From contig NC_043006.1 of assembly GCF_006345805.1 (NCBI RefSeq), forward strand, positions 67,456,001 to 67,520,000: a DNA stretch of 64,000 nt, read 5' to 3'. This DNA comes from Octopus sinensis (lineage: Eukaryota). The notes beneath the pieces are model-generated. The model worked only from the letters and a program-made list of their open reading frames with translations, did no database searches and had not been told where the DNA came from. Shown one piece after another: positions 12,096 through 24,967 of this stretch (positions are counted from its first letter, which is position 1; each line of letters opens with the position of its first letter). Position numbers and translations under genes: made by a program.

Positions 12096-12751
12096 ACATA
12101 TTGATATGAATAATTACGACCAAGAAAAATATCAAAAGACTTTTCATAGTCCAGACGGGAACGAACAAGTAATAATAGAATAAAATCACTAGAACGAAAT
12201 TCAAATATATTTGAGAGATATTTGAATATGTAGAAGCTTTTCACTGACGTTTGTCGAAGAAAAAAAATTATCGGCAAAAGGTGTTAATACACAAGAGTCA
12301 GCTCAGGACGTTCTTTATAGTATTGACGGATACATTTCACATTCTTTTGTTCGCTTCAGCATCAGATACTTAAAGAAGCAACTTTGAAATAAGTAGGAAA
12401 CCAATCAATATCATATAATTACAGCGCACACTAGCTGCAAGGCCGGCAAAATCGTGAGTAAATGTGCAAAGCGGTGATGGAGGGTAAATAAAATTGAATC
12501 GGTAAAGGCTTTTCACTGCAGTTTGTAGCGGAAGGAAATTCTTGTTTAAAACAAAAATATGTTAAAATGCCATAGTAATCTCAAAGCGGCCTTTGCCGAA
12601 TGGATTTCGGTTGTTCTCTTCAGCATTAGACACGGAAAGAAGCAATTCCGAACTGACTGGGAAGCGAAGCTTCTCTTATTGGGAATCAGTCAATATTATT
12701 TATTGGTAGAGTAGCTACTCACAGCATACGCATACATAATATATATATATA

Positions 12752-12793
<42 letters not shown>

Positions 12794-12861
12794 TATATAC
12801 ATATATATATACATATATATACATATATATATATATATTATATATATATATAATATATATA

Positions 12862-12907
<46 letters not shown>

Positions 12908-12911
<4 letters not shown>

Positions 12912-13820
12912 TAGAGAAAAGCCACTATTATGTAATTCAAACAATGATAGACGTAGATCATACCATATAGAAAAAATAATATATATGATAAAGCATTTAC
13001 CTAGATCACAATAAAGTATTTAATAATAAATAAACAGTATATAATTAGTAAATAGACTACGTATGTTTCGTGGCTATACCTTCAATTCGAATTACAATTA
13101 AATTTAAATTTAATCGATCCAAAAACAATTCAATTTAAAAGTATAGTCACTCCTCAGGTCAGCAATAATAGCAATAATTGTTAAATAAATACATATTTTT
13201 AATAAATAATCAAACAGAATTAAACAATATTTCTTAAAGAAATATAAACATGATTCTTCTTATAGAAGAAATTCCGTTAACTAAATTTTAAACTTAAAAA
13301 GTAGGACCAAGCGTTTATAATACATATATCACGTTAAAACCTAACGTAAACAAATAGAATAAATAGACAGAAATATGAATATTATCTGTGAAGATATATT
13401 TTAGCTTTGAGAATAATCTAAACGAACTATAGTATATCTTTATTGGAAAAATATAAGAGTCCTATTAATTAAATAAAATACTTAAAATACATCATATACT
13501 TAAGTTAAGCTAAATTTCTATGATTTAATCTATATTCATTAATTAATTAAATTATATATTAATTTATTAATTAAATAAACATCTAATTTGATCCTATTCT
13601 AACTATGTACTAAACGCCATACAAACATGTGTAGACTTATAATATATCTTATATCAACAACGATGCAGTCACAACCCTACGATAATATTTTGTATATATT
13701 TCAAAAATATACTCACAAATAATTTTAACTTATTATGTAAGTAAATTAATTTATGTCTAGATCTAATATTTCGCTCATTGACAGAATAAATAAAGTACTT
13801 ATTATCTTTCTCTAATTTAT
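12908..13820. mobile_element. TA-flanked PLE-derived element with 13-bp inverted ends
   Basis: taaattagagaaa / tttctctaattta; contains the HHR at 13055-13160. Confidence 0.5.
13055..13160 (-). ncRNA. Type-I HHR, canonical core, long stem II
   Basis: GAC CTGAGGA GTGACTATAC..GTATAGCCAC GAAAC ATAC GTA GTC. Confidence 0.7.
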
Positions 13821-13934
13821 ATATATATATATTGCGAAATTTGTTTTAATAGTAAATTGAATTTTTCCCTGTAAGTTTGGAGTTATACTCCCTAATATTA
13901 TTATTATTATTATATATACATATATATATACATA

Positions 13935-13985
<51 letters not shown>

Positions 13986-14009
13986 ATATTATATATATAT
14001 ATATATAAT

Positions 14010-14400
14010 ACAGAGAAAATGGAGAATACATACATAGAATAATCAATATATTTATTAAAACAGTCAATACATGTTGCCTACGCACGTTTCGACTTATTAC
14101 TTAAATTACATTATGAATTTGAAAAAGTAAAAATTTTCATCAAAGCAAAAGTTGATAGTTATTTTCCTCACATATCCTAACAGATAGAGAATTCATTCCA
14201 ATTGAATTGTAGCTGTCAATTTTTGCCTTGATAACAATCAATTTTTGCTCTTATGAGAGTTTTTGCGTTTTCAAATTCATAATGCAATTTAATTGCAAAA
14301 ACGTGGATTTAAGTAATAAATCGAAACGTGTGTTGGCTACATGAATTGACTATCATTGAATATATTGATTATTTTGTGTATGCCTTCTCCATTTTCTTTG
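14010..14400. mobile_element. Foldback element with decayed HHR-like motifs in both arms
   Basis: Inverted arms; TTGCT TTGATGA..GAAAC GTGC GTA GGCAA (-, 14074-14148) and TTGCC TTGATAA..GAAAC GTGT GTT GGCTA (+, 14223-14339). Confidence 0.7.
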
Positions 14401-14676
14401 AATTGTTAAAATTTTTCTCCTATATCGAAAATTGGAAGCATCTGTAGTGACAGCTGAAATTTCAAAAGTGTAAGGTACTAATATCGAAGACTAACCAACG
14501 ATAAACACTAGTACATATTCACATGTGGAATTTCCAGGATCATTAGTCGATATAGAACTGAACCGGTGCACGCTTGGATAAATATCCCTAGGAAAGAATA
14601 ACCTCTTACCACATACATAGATATATACATATATATGTATGTAGATATGTATGTATATATGTGTGCGTATGTGTGC

Positions 14677-14895
14677 ATCTCATTGCTTGAAGAAAACCGG
14701 CGACAGCTCAAGGAACGTCAGCAAAATCCTAGACGAGCTCATCTTCGTCGGAGCCCTCTTCGCTGCTCTCAGTGTAATCAGAGATGTGCCTCCAGAATCG
14801 ACCTTTTCAGCTACGAGAAGGCCTGCCAATGCCATCAAGACAACCCTTAAGGATCAAAGACGACGTCGACATCTGTCAAGATGGACTGCCTTAAG
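14677..14895 (+). mobile_element. RTE-clade LINE 3' fragment
   Basis: CSQCNQRCASRIDLFSYEKAC resembles the RTE C-terminal finger CxxCxRxCxSRIGLxSH; short 3' UTR. Confidence 0.65.
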
Positions 14896-14938
14896 CCAGC
14901 ATGTGTATATGTGTATGTGTGTGTGTGTGTGTCTCTGT

Positions 14939-14970
<32 letters not shown>

Positions 14971-15064
14971 TTGTATGTATGTATATGAAACGTTAATCCT
15001 TACACATATTTTTCTTTCCCTGTTTTTGTTTGTTTTCCTTTAGTTTTTTTGTCTTTTTTTTGTT

Positions 15065-15215
15065 CTCTTTCCTTTTTCCGCTCATTCCTTTCTGTCCAAG
15101 AGCGTAGCCTCGAAACGTCAAAGACTTTTCCATTCCTTCCGAGCGTCAAACCAGTACACATGCTTGTTGTTCCTACAACTGTCTACGGCTTTTGTTTTCT
15201 GTAAATTTGATCTAT
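15065..15215 (+). mobile_element. PLE terminal-repeat fragment with HHR-like fold
   Basis: CTTT CTGTCCA A GAGC GTAG CCTC GAAAC GTC AAAG; same family as 34670-34795. Confidence 0.55.
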
Positions 15216-16255
15216 ATAAATTTGTGTGTGTGTGTGTGCGCGCGTATTATTACTGTACAGCATTTACACCGCAAATATGAATTTATAACATTTTACGTCA
15301 TTTTTATCTTTATTATCCAAATTGATCCCGCTGGTCTATTTGATTTGCCCTAGCTCATTTATATTTTCGATAACATATTATTATGGCTCAAAATATACAT
15401 AACTAAAGAGTAAATTATTCGGATTATGTAATAGAAGAAACTGCATAGTAAAATTGTTATCAATACCACACATCTACTTAACACATGTGTATAGCTGAAA
15501 CACCATGAGCTACGGTTTTCGTCCGGGAAAAAATCCCTTTATACGCGTATTGTGCTAAAAGAAACACAATATACTTCAGAAATAGGCGAAACGAAATCTT
15601 CCCCAGAAGTGTTGCTTATGCAACACCTTTGCAAACCAGTGTATAGTTTATGCACTGACTGTATATAACTGTTCAACAAATTTCACATGATAACTATGGC
15701 ACTCTTCTATTTATTTCTCTATAACTTCTCAAGGAGTTACCTCAGTCCTATATAATCTTTAAAAAAAATGAAGTAGACTGGTATGTAACCGATTCGAGTA
15801 CGTGTCATTGATAAGCCGCAACAACGACGAAATTCGGTAAAAATCTATCCACTGCTCTATGCACTTAGACGTTACTACACTGACAGTATGTATAAAACCA
15901 TATGTCCACAACATATCCACAACATGTCCACAATAATCTGTTTGCTAGAAACAATGATTTGGCTAGCATTACCATAAATATGTAAATTAGCTCTCGAAAA
16001 TTAGTTTATTTCTGAAATTATGTTCCCTGTTGTTTAGGACTCACTGGCAATATCTGTAACATTTAAATCTGAATTTTCAATTAATTAATATTAATTAGTT
16101 AAAAATTTATTGCGTATAGCATTCAGTACTTCGCACTTTATCTTAAATATCCAAATTTATATTATTACTTTGAGTTATTTCACATCATAAATTTTAATTT
16201 TAATTTTACACGCACACATAGAGAGAGAGAGAGGGAGAGAAAGAGAGACAGACAG

Positions 16256-16295
<40 letters not shown>

Positions 16296-16465
16296 GCTGT
16301 GTTTTTAAGTTAGTGTTTTGTGGCTGATGCATTCCAGGAATTCCATAAATACTAAATTATAATCGAGATAAAGCATGGAGTGTGACATAGCATCGAGATA
16401 GAAGCCTAAAAATCATTAATCCATAATCCTAGTCAAATACATGGACATTATATATATAATATATA

Positions 16466-16522
<57 letters not shown>

Positions 16523-16607
16523 ATATATAATATAATATTTATATATACATATATGCGAGTGTGTGTGTAATCTATATATATACACACAATAGTATATATA
16601 TATTAAC

Positions 16608-16720
<113 letters not shown>

Positions 16721-16849
16721 CAGATAGTGCCTGACTGTGCATCTTCATGTGAATTTAGAAGATTCCAAGTTTCACAAGTTTCCTAAACTTAAAAAATAGA
16801 CAACGAACAGCTTTGAATAGAGATTAATTTTACAAACCACCAAACAATA

Positions 16850-17400
16850 ATGCATAATCCTAATCCGAACCCGATCTCGAACTTCTCCACTTAATCATAA
16901 CACTAACTCTAACCCAGACCTAACTTCAAACTGTAACCCTCAACCTTGACATAAAACTAATTTTTTCCAGCCCTGACCTTAGCCCTATCCCTCCATCTAA
17001 CTTCTAATCCGAACACTTGCCTTAATTTACAACCATAAATCTAAATATAACCCTAATTCTAACCTTTGAACTAACCTCTAATCCTAACTCTAACCTTAAC
17101 TTATGACCCTAAGTATAAACCTAACCCTAACTTCTAACGCTAACCTCACCCTAACGTAGAACTAATTTTCTTTCCAACTCTAACCCCCAAATTAATCCCA
17201 GTTTAAATTCTAAATTAGACAATATTAATAACCGTAAGGTAACATTAAACTAAATACTGAACTATGTCCTTACCACAGAAGCTAACCAAAACCCTAAAGC
17301 TGATACATGCAAGTCATAATTTGCTGTTTCTATTTTGAAAGTAAACCAACCATAACTCCTAGATTTGAAATCAGCCAAAATCCTAACACTAATACTACTT
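16850..17400. repeat. Degenerate (CCCTAA)n-like interstitial repeat
   Basis: Dense ctaac/cctaa/accctaa words; further pieces at about 17740-17790 and 19890-20000. Confidence 0.6.
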
Positions 17401-17404
17401 TTGT

Positions 17405-17727
17405 GAAGGTGCGTAGGTTAGCGCGTGGATTAATGGTTAGTGTATTAGTAAGGTCATGAGTTTGATAACCGGCAGCGCATTGAGTCCTTGACCGACACAC
17501 TTTATTTCATATTGCTCCTGTCGATTCAACTGACAAAAATTACTTGTACCTGTAATTTAAATAGCCAGCCATGCCACATTCTCTGTCACACTGAATATCC
17601 CTAAGTACTACGTTGGGGTACGCGTGTCTGTGGAGTGCACAGGCATTTGCACTTTAGTTTCATGAGTAGGCTGTCCCGTTGATCGGATCAACTGCAACCT
17701 TCATTATCATAACCAACGGAGTGTCAT
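17405..17727 (+). mobile_element. CORE-like SINE family C, diverged copy
   Basis: Colinear with 22715-23041. Confidence 0.75.
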
Positions 17728-17889
17728 TTATTGCTACCATTAATCTAACGCTAAACCTGGATTTAAAACGATATTAACTCAAACCATAATCTTTGCTTTT
17801 CCCCTTAATTGAAGTATAACCACAGGGCTATCTTAAGACATGGGTAGCGATTTAGAGATTTACAATTCAATCCTCTAAATAACAACTGC

Positions 17890-18724
17890 CTCGAAAAAGA
17901 ACTTATATACGAGGCCAAAATCATGTATCACAACGGAGTAACAAAGATGCATATCAGAATGACGGGCAACTCGTTCAAGGAAAAATACACACAACACGTT
18001 GCGTCATTCAGACACAAAAATACATCCCTGTCCAATATCATATGAACATTGAAAGAAGGAAGAATAAATAACACCCAGCTAAAATGGAACTTCATTGCTA
18101 AAGCCAGAAAATATTGAGGACGGGGTACCAAATGTGAATTTTGCATCACTGAAAAATTAACTACCATACAGTCAACAGATAACATTCTGAATATTGGGGA
18201 TGAAACCTTCTCTCCATGCATATACAAGCAATATTTCACACTTAGACGCCTCAAAGAAGAACCACCACCCTCGCGGTTAATCCCATCAGGATAGTTTCTT
18301 TCTCTGAATGTGATGATTGAATATATGCAACACACGAACTCCTTACATAGAAGAAACATACCCCTATGACGAACCACCTCAGCACAAAAACATACGATCA
18401 TCACATATACCCAGAACATGATATAATATGATGCAAGCAAATTTACCGTATAGCATGACTGTTTTCCCAAAAGTCAAATCCATGAGAAATGACTATTCAA
18501 AAGGTATCATGCAAGTGTAGCGCCCCTTTATTTATTGTCTTCTTTAGGAGATTTTCCTTGAATTCTTGTTTTCATCCAAAATGGAGACGATCGTGTGATC
18601 GGCTTGAAAAATTGTTATGATATTAAAATATTTTTCTTAACATGAAACCGATGGTAGCCTTAATACACAAATAAAGAAATTATATCAATCAATTCGGTAC
18701 TGAGTACTCATTCTCGTCTTCCGC

Positions 18725-18725
<1 letters not shown>
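17890..18725 (+). mobile_element. Penelope-like element 3' part: GIY-YIG endonuclease relic plus terminal repeat with HHR
   Basis: LIYEAKIM..HIRMTGNSFKEKYTQH..SLS..LKW..KCEFCITEK..LNIG..SPCIYK; ends at (TA)n. Confidence 0.8.
18601..18659 (+). ncRNA. Type-I HHR-like motif, U3-A8 core
   Basis: GGC TTGAAAA ATTGTTA..TAACAT GAAAC CGATG GTA GCC. Confidence 0.65.
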
Positions 18726-18769
<44 letters not shown>

Positions 18770-18837
18770 GTATATTTATATTTCGGAATGGTCATTTTGC
18801 CAGTTTAGCCAATAAACTATAAAATATATATATATTC

Positions 18838-19213
18838 TTTTATTCTTTTACTCGTTTCAGTCATTTGATTGCGGCCATGCTGAAGCACAGCCTTTAGTCG
18901 AAGATTTGGACCCCAGGACTTATTCTTTGTAAACCTAGTACTTATGCTATCGCTCTCTTTTGCCGAACCGCTAAATTACGGGGACGTAAACACACCAAAT
19001 CTATTGTCAAGCGATGGTGGGGAGGCCAACACAAACACACATATACACACGCACACACACACACACATATATATATATATCTATACGACGGGCTTCTTTC
19101 AGTCTCCGTCAACCAAATCCACTCACAAGGCATTGGTCAGCCCAAGACTATAGTAGAAGATGCTTGCCCAACCACTTCCCATGTGATATGGAAGCAAGCT
19201 TCTTACAACGCAG
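18838..19213 (-). mobile_element. SINE family B, near full length
   Basis: Head, internal (TA)/(TG) tract and 3' domain all present. Confidence 0.85.
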
Positions 19214-19239
19214 CTATGTATATATAATATATGTATATA

Positions 19240-19272
<33 letters not shown>

Positions 19273-19461
19273 ATATGTGTGTTTATATATATATATATAT
19301 ATTATATATATATATATTATAATAATAATAATAATAATAAGGGTAAATAATTTCTTCGATGGTTTTTCAGACAACCAACAATTATTTACCGGTAGATTTC
19401 GGTATGTAAATATGACCATTAGCGGCGGGAACTTCTGTGAGGTTCAGTATATATTTTATAT

Positions 19462-19665
19462 AAGTAGAAGGGCAGGCAACAGGTTGCTTTGCCGCATACC
19501 GAAAGAATTAGAAATAGCAGTCAGAGACTGTTTATTTCTATTTTCTACAAGTTTATTTCTATTTGTTTATTTCCACTTGTAGAAATTAGAAATAACAGTC
19601 CTCTGACTGCTATTTCTAGTTCTTTCGGTATGTGGCAAAGCAACCTGTTGCCTGCCCTTCTACTT
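19462..19665. mobile_element. TA-flanked near-perfect palindromic element (MITE-like)
   Basis: Arms of about 90 bp, aagtagaagggcaggc.. / ..gcctgcccttctactt, with a loop of about 20 bp. Confidence 0.75.
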
Positions 19666-19686
19666 ATATATATATATATATATATA

Positions 19687-19731
<45 letters not shown>

Positions 19732-19733
<2 letters not shown>

Positions 19734-19882
19734 GACAGGTATCTTTCAGTTTCTGTGAACCAAATCCACCCACAAGGCTTTAAGGTTTTAGTAGTCTCGA
19801 AGTTATAGTAGAAGATATTTGCCAAAGGTGCCACGCAGTAGAACTGAACCCGGAACTATATGGTTAGGAAGCAAACTTCTTA
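19732..19882 (-). mobile_element. SINE family B, 5' half
   Basis: ctttcagtttc..gaactgaacccgg. Confidence 0.75.
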
Positions 19883-20779
19883 TGCTTAAAGCTATTCTTA
19901 ACCATTCCCTGAATCTAAACCTAATGCTAAATTTTGGCCTAATAATACAACACATAAATCTACCTCTAACAAAGGAATTACTTCTGTGTCTTAACCCTTA
20001 ACTTGTTGTTCTTTCTCCTGGAGAGAGATGCCTTGATAAAAGCCTAATAACAATTAGCATTTCTACCAACTGTGTATTGCGACGACTTACAGAGCATTCG
20101 TTTAAAAATCTCCTACAGCAGCGCAACAAATCATTCGATCATCGTCACATAGTAAATAGGCAAACGCTGGGAAATTTATTTAGAGATCAATAAAGAGGGG
20201 AAAAAAGAACAATCGTGAACAATCCTGAATAAAGTAGCAACGTTCAGGAATAACTTAAGATACTACAAATTCACGACAAATTGTCTCTCTTTCTTTCTTT
20301 CAGAAAAAAAAATCCACTTTCTTCGCTATCAAGCTTCAGTTGTAAACAAATAAGACGGAATTAATTGCAATATACAGCCACATGTCCAAATCCATCCTTA
20401 AGAAAAATCCTACTGAAGCATGAAGAAAGTTATTTGGCGTCATGAAACATGTGACTGGCTTATGATGCTAGATGACATTTAAAACTTTCAACTATCAACC
20501 GTTGTTTATTTCAAACTAATGATGAGTGTCTCCACGCAACATTTAAATACAGAGTTTGTAATTTTCGTTCCCATTATAATTGTGCATTAGTCTCTACGGA
20601 GCTCTACGCATATTAATTACACACGCATACGCACAGATGGTTACATATGTATAAATTCATGTATGTATTTATGTATATATTAATTGTTTATACTATATAC
20701 GATTAAATAAATAATATTTTTGTATTTGTATGCGTATGTGCACGTGTATATCGATATATTTGCGATCAAAGACAGCAAT

Positions 20780-21190
20780 AAACATCTTTCAAAGCCAAAC
20801 TGTCAAATACAGATTTTCTACATACACACACACACATTCATATATGTGTGTATATATATATATATATATGAATGTATGTATATATATGTTTGTGGGTGTA
20901 TGTGTATATACATATATATATATAGGTATGTATGTATTTATGAGTAGGTATATAAATATATATATACATATATATACATATATACATATATGCATGTATA
21001 TATATGTTTGTGGGTGTATATGTATATACATTTATATGTATGTATCTATGAGTACATATATAAATAATATACCTATATATATACATATATATATACATAT
21101 GTATATACATATATACATATGTATATATACATATATATATGTAATATATATATATATGTATTTTTATATATATATATATATGTGTGTATG

Positions 21191-21226
<36 letters not shown>

Positions 21227-21230
21227 GCAA
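20780..21230. repeat. (TA)n/(TG)n-rich low-complexity block
   Basis: Direct reading. Confidence 0.9.
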
Positions 21231-21789
21231 TGATTCTTACAGGGCTAGTCTTGTTTCCTACACTTTAGAATTCGTCTTAGATGAATCATGTGTCTGTTTG
21301 TTTGTGTCGCCATATTATTTGTATTGCCTTTGATATGAACAATGGAAAGGAAAAGATGCTCTTCAAACGAAATCATTTGCACCCTGTTGAATACGCTCAA
21401 CTTTTACACAGTCTCTTGTTCTCAGAAAAGCAGCAATCCACTGATTGACCCGCTGGAAACATTATCCAGCAACGCTGGTTCATCTCTTACAATGCTTCCC
21501 AAAGTTGACGGTACTGCCTGCCTCCCCAGGGTCAGTGGAAAGATCAAGGGGTGGGCATTCAAGAAATGTTGAGCGATAATGTGATGGCCAAAAGGGGGCT
21601 ATGGGTGTAAAAATAAACAAAATATTGGGTTGAGTTTTATTTATGAAATACAGTTTTGAATTTGCTGGAGGAAGTGGTCAATATTGGTGGTGGTTGTGAT
21701 GGCGGTGGTGGTGGTGGTGGTGGTGGTGGTGGTGGTGGTGAGTGAAGGTGCTAGGAATGCGGCCCCGGGTGCCCAGCGGGACGGCATCA

Positions 21790-22060
21790 TGAAAATGCTT
21801 GGCAACAACTGATCTATTGCTACAGAAGAGAACAGAAAATTTAGCAAACCATATATTACATTAAACGACCATGAAAAGAACGTTATATCCAAATTCAAGA
21901 ACAGACTAAAGGACTACTTCGAAAGGAAACGGCAAGTATATTGTAATCTCTACCAAAATTGCAGAATTAGGTAGACCACGTAGTTTTCATTTATAAGACC
22001 GCAGCAATGCCATATTAAAATGGTTTAGTAACACAGAGAATAAGACCAGCTCTAGGAATC
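21790..22060 (+). pseudogene. Penelope-like RT fragment
   Basis: KPYITLNDHEKNVISKFKNRL (21846) and NAILKWFSNTENK. Confidence 0.65.
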
Positions 22061-22067
22061 ACTTTTC

Positions 22068-22290
22068 TTTTATTCTTTTTTATTCTGTTTCAGTCATTTG
22101 ACAGCGGCCATGTTGGAGCACCGCGTTTAGAGGATTTTAGTCGAATAAATTGACCCCAGGACTTATTCTTAAATCTAGTACTTATTCTACCGGTCTCTTT
22201 TGCCGAACCGCTAAGTTATGGGTATGTAAACACATCAGCACCGGTTGTCAAGCAGTAGAGACAAACACAGATACAGAGACGCACACACGT
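22068..22290 (-). mobile_element. SINE family B, 3' half
   Basis: tttcagtcatttgacagcggccatg..gccgaaccgctaag. Confidence 0.8.
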
Positions 22291-22292
22291 AG

Positions 22293-22337
<45 letters not shown>

Positions 22338-22527
22338 CTTTTCTACTCTGGGCATAAGGCCTGAAATTTGGGGGAGGAGGCCAGTCGATTAGATCGACCC
22401 CAGTACGCAACTGGTAGTTAATTTATCGACCTCGAAAGGATGAAAGGCAAAGTTGACCTCGTAAAGACAGACGAAACACCGCTAAGCATTTCACCCGGCG
22501 TGCTAACGTTTCTGCCAGCTCGCCTTA
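22338..22527 (-). mobile_element. SINE family A with B-box deleted
   Basis: gacctcg|taaagacag lacks ggcggaatttgaactcagaa. Confidence 0.8.
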
Positions 22528-22646
22528 CATATGTGTGTGTGTGTGTGTATATACGTATGTATGTATGTATGTACGTACGTATGTATGTACGTACGTATGT
22601 ATGTATGCATAGCAAAGAAAAAATAACAGACGATGGATAAATGTCA

Positions 22647-23072
22647 GTTCATTACAGCTGTTTCTTACACATTTTATTTGATCAGTGAGTACATTACATT
22701 ATAGTGAAAAAAAGGTGAGGGCGCGTGGCTTAGTGGTTAGGGCATTCGGCTCATGATCGTAAGGTTGTGAGTTCGATTCCCGGCGACGCGTTGTGTCCTT
22801 GAGCAAGACACTTATTTCACGTTGCTCCAGTTCAACTCAGCTGGCAAAAATGAGTTGTACTTGTATTTCAAAGGGTCAGCCTGTCACTCTCTGTGTCACG
22901 CTGATTATCCCCGAGACTACGTTAAGGGTACACGTGTCTGTGGAATGCTCAGCCATTTGCACGTTAATTTCACGAGCAAGCTGTTCCGTTGATCGTACAG
23001 CTGGGACCCTCGTCGTCGTAACCGGCGGAGTCTTTTTTTTAAGTGAAAAAAAGCCATATTCATCAGATGATC
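22647..23072 (-). ncRNA. Type-I HHR (C3-G8) split by a SINE-C insertion
   Basis: GATCAT CTGATGA (23060-23072) .. GAAAC AGCT GTA ATGAAC (22647-22664). Confidence 0.55.
22715..23041 (+). mobile_element. CORE-like tRNA SINE family C with 12-bp TSD
   Basis: TGGCTTAGTGG A-box, GAGTTCGATTCCC B-box, TGTGTCCTTGAGCAAGACACTT CORE-like motif; TSD AGTGAAAAAAAG at 22703 and 23042. Confidence 0.9.
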
Positions 23073-23379
23073 CACATAATTTCAAAATAAAATTTTTCTT
23101 TGCTAATATTACACCAAAGTGATTCACAACCCCTTGGACATCCTGGAGTATAAGAAATACCGTGTGATCTACACAACGCACGATTTGGACCAGCTTCTAG
23201 GCGTTAAATGCTCGTAGCCGCGGATTTTCTCTGTGTCGACAGCCTAAATATCTCACTAGATTACTTCAGTACCCAGTATATTGATCCGACTAGAGGTGGT
23301 GCTTACAGGTTAAATAAACCCAAATTAATGTATAGCATTTAAATACTCGAATCTGTCAGATAAGTACAATTTAAGTACC

Positions 23380-23900
23380 TGATTCTCTCAGATAAGGAAC
23401 AGGTCTGATTCCCAAAGTACAGACAGATTCCTTTGAGTGAACACATGGTGAGATGTGCAAGTAATATCCAACAAAACTTCACAGTCTTCCCCGTACAAGA
23501 ACATTTAAATAAAAAAGAATTATTTATCGAAAAATACAGAACACGTCTCAATATAAACGCATAACCAACTTTGGTCGCAGTATATAGCTGAATTCATGAT
23601 CACATGCCCATCACTGTACATATTTCACCTTACTACCTTAGCTTTTGGGTCTTTGTATATTTATGTATCCACCCTGCCCCCCAAAAATGTATAATTACCT
23701 CCCCTGTCCTGAATTATAACGATTACCAATTACCTCCCCTTAAATTTTTCTACTTGCTGATTCATTCACAAACTTCCATACGAAAACATGGGCTAAAATC
23801 TTCTTAAGAAAATACGAAATTACAATAATTACAATGCTACGATTAGCGAAAGCGAAACCGGTCGACAAACACAATACTCTTTCAATTATAAAATACATTA
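23380..23900 (+). mobile_element. Penelope-like element 3' end (GIY-YIG C-terminus plus terminal repeat)
   Basis: KYRQIPLSEHMVRC..FTVFP..KELFIEKYRTRLN*; HHR-like motif 23836-23866; paralog at 44570-45100. Confidence 0.75.
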
Positions 23901-24009
23901 AAATAAATATTAAAACTATGTAAACTGTGCATCTTCCTTCTTTTATATTTTATACACACACACACACACACACACAAAAACACACACACACACAAAAACA
24001 CACACACGC

Positions 24010-24155
24010 GACCGGTTTCATTCAGATTCTGTTTACCAAATCCACTCACAAGGCTTTAGTCGGTCCGAAGTTAAAGTAGAAGACATTTGCAGTGGGACTG
24101 AACTCGGAACAATGTGGCTGGAAAGCAAGCTTCTCACCACACAGCCATGGCTGCA
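24010..24155 (-). mobile_element. SINE family B, 5' half
   Basis: caaatccactcacaaggc..cttctcaccacacagcca. Confidence 0.75.
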
Positions 24156-24733
24156 CTTAATTCTAGAATTGTAAACCTCTTGTCCTGAAAGCTAGAATTT
24201 AAGGAAACGTTTACCATTACGTGGCAATAACCTAAGCCCTGACCTTACTTTACAAGGAATTGCTTGGGGTCAACAAGCATAGAAATTAAATAAAGGTTGA
24301 CCTAAAAGTTTTCGGAATTTGAAAACTAATAAGATTGCTAACTATGAATACTTATGTGGTTGTGTTTACTACTTATACCTCTTGCAGCAAAATATTCTGG
24401 TTAAATGTGGAAAACAAGAAATCTTATAAGTTATACAAAATTTGCACACTTCGTCCACTTTATTTGCACGAGTTTACTTCATCATGATTTTAAAACACAT
24501 AATTACATACACACACACACACATAATATATATATATATATATAATAATATATATATATATATATATATTAATCATATATCTATATATATATATATATAT
24601 ATAATACATACATATATATTATATATATATATATATTGCATATATATACATGCACAGCATATATACATATAATAATATATACAATATACATACATGCATA
24701 CACATTTATGTATGAATGTACACGCATACACAG

Positions 24734-24770
<37 letters not shown>

Positions 24771-24865
24771 AATATAGATATATGCATATATATTTGTATT
24801 CAGACTGATAGATAGATACGTACATACATACACAGACAGACAGACAGATAAACAGATAGATAGAT

Positions 24866-24967
<102 letters not shown>

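Noticed and set aside
11960-12390. Long plus-strand frame with few stops
   Set aside because: No recognisable domain; partly overlaps a minus-strand PLE terminal repeat
12596-12627. AATG CTGAAGA..GAAA TC CATT on the minus strand
   Set aside because: Stem II has 1 bp and stem III has no loop; probably chance
17928-18470. 180-aa minus-strand ORF
   Set aside because: Antisense shadow of the plus-strand Penelope GIY-YIG relic
20281-20450. Polypyrimidine-CAG acceptor in unique DNA
   Set aside because: No convincing donor or recognisable reading frame
21310-21600. ORF 21342..21572 and a weak LINE-RT-like QWIAAFL on the minus strand
   Set aside because: No conserved motif could be confirmed
22715-22790. 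SINE heads as tRNA genes
   Set aside because: They have A and B boxes but no complete cloverleaf, and they continue into SINE bodies
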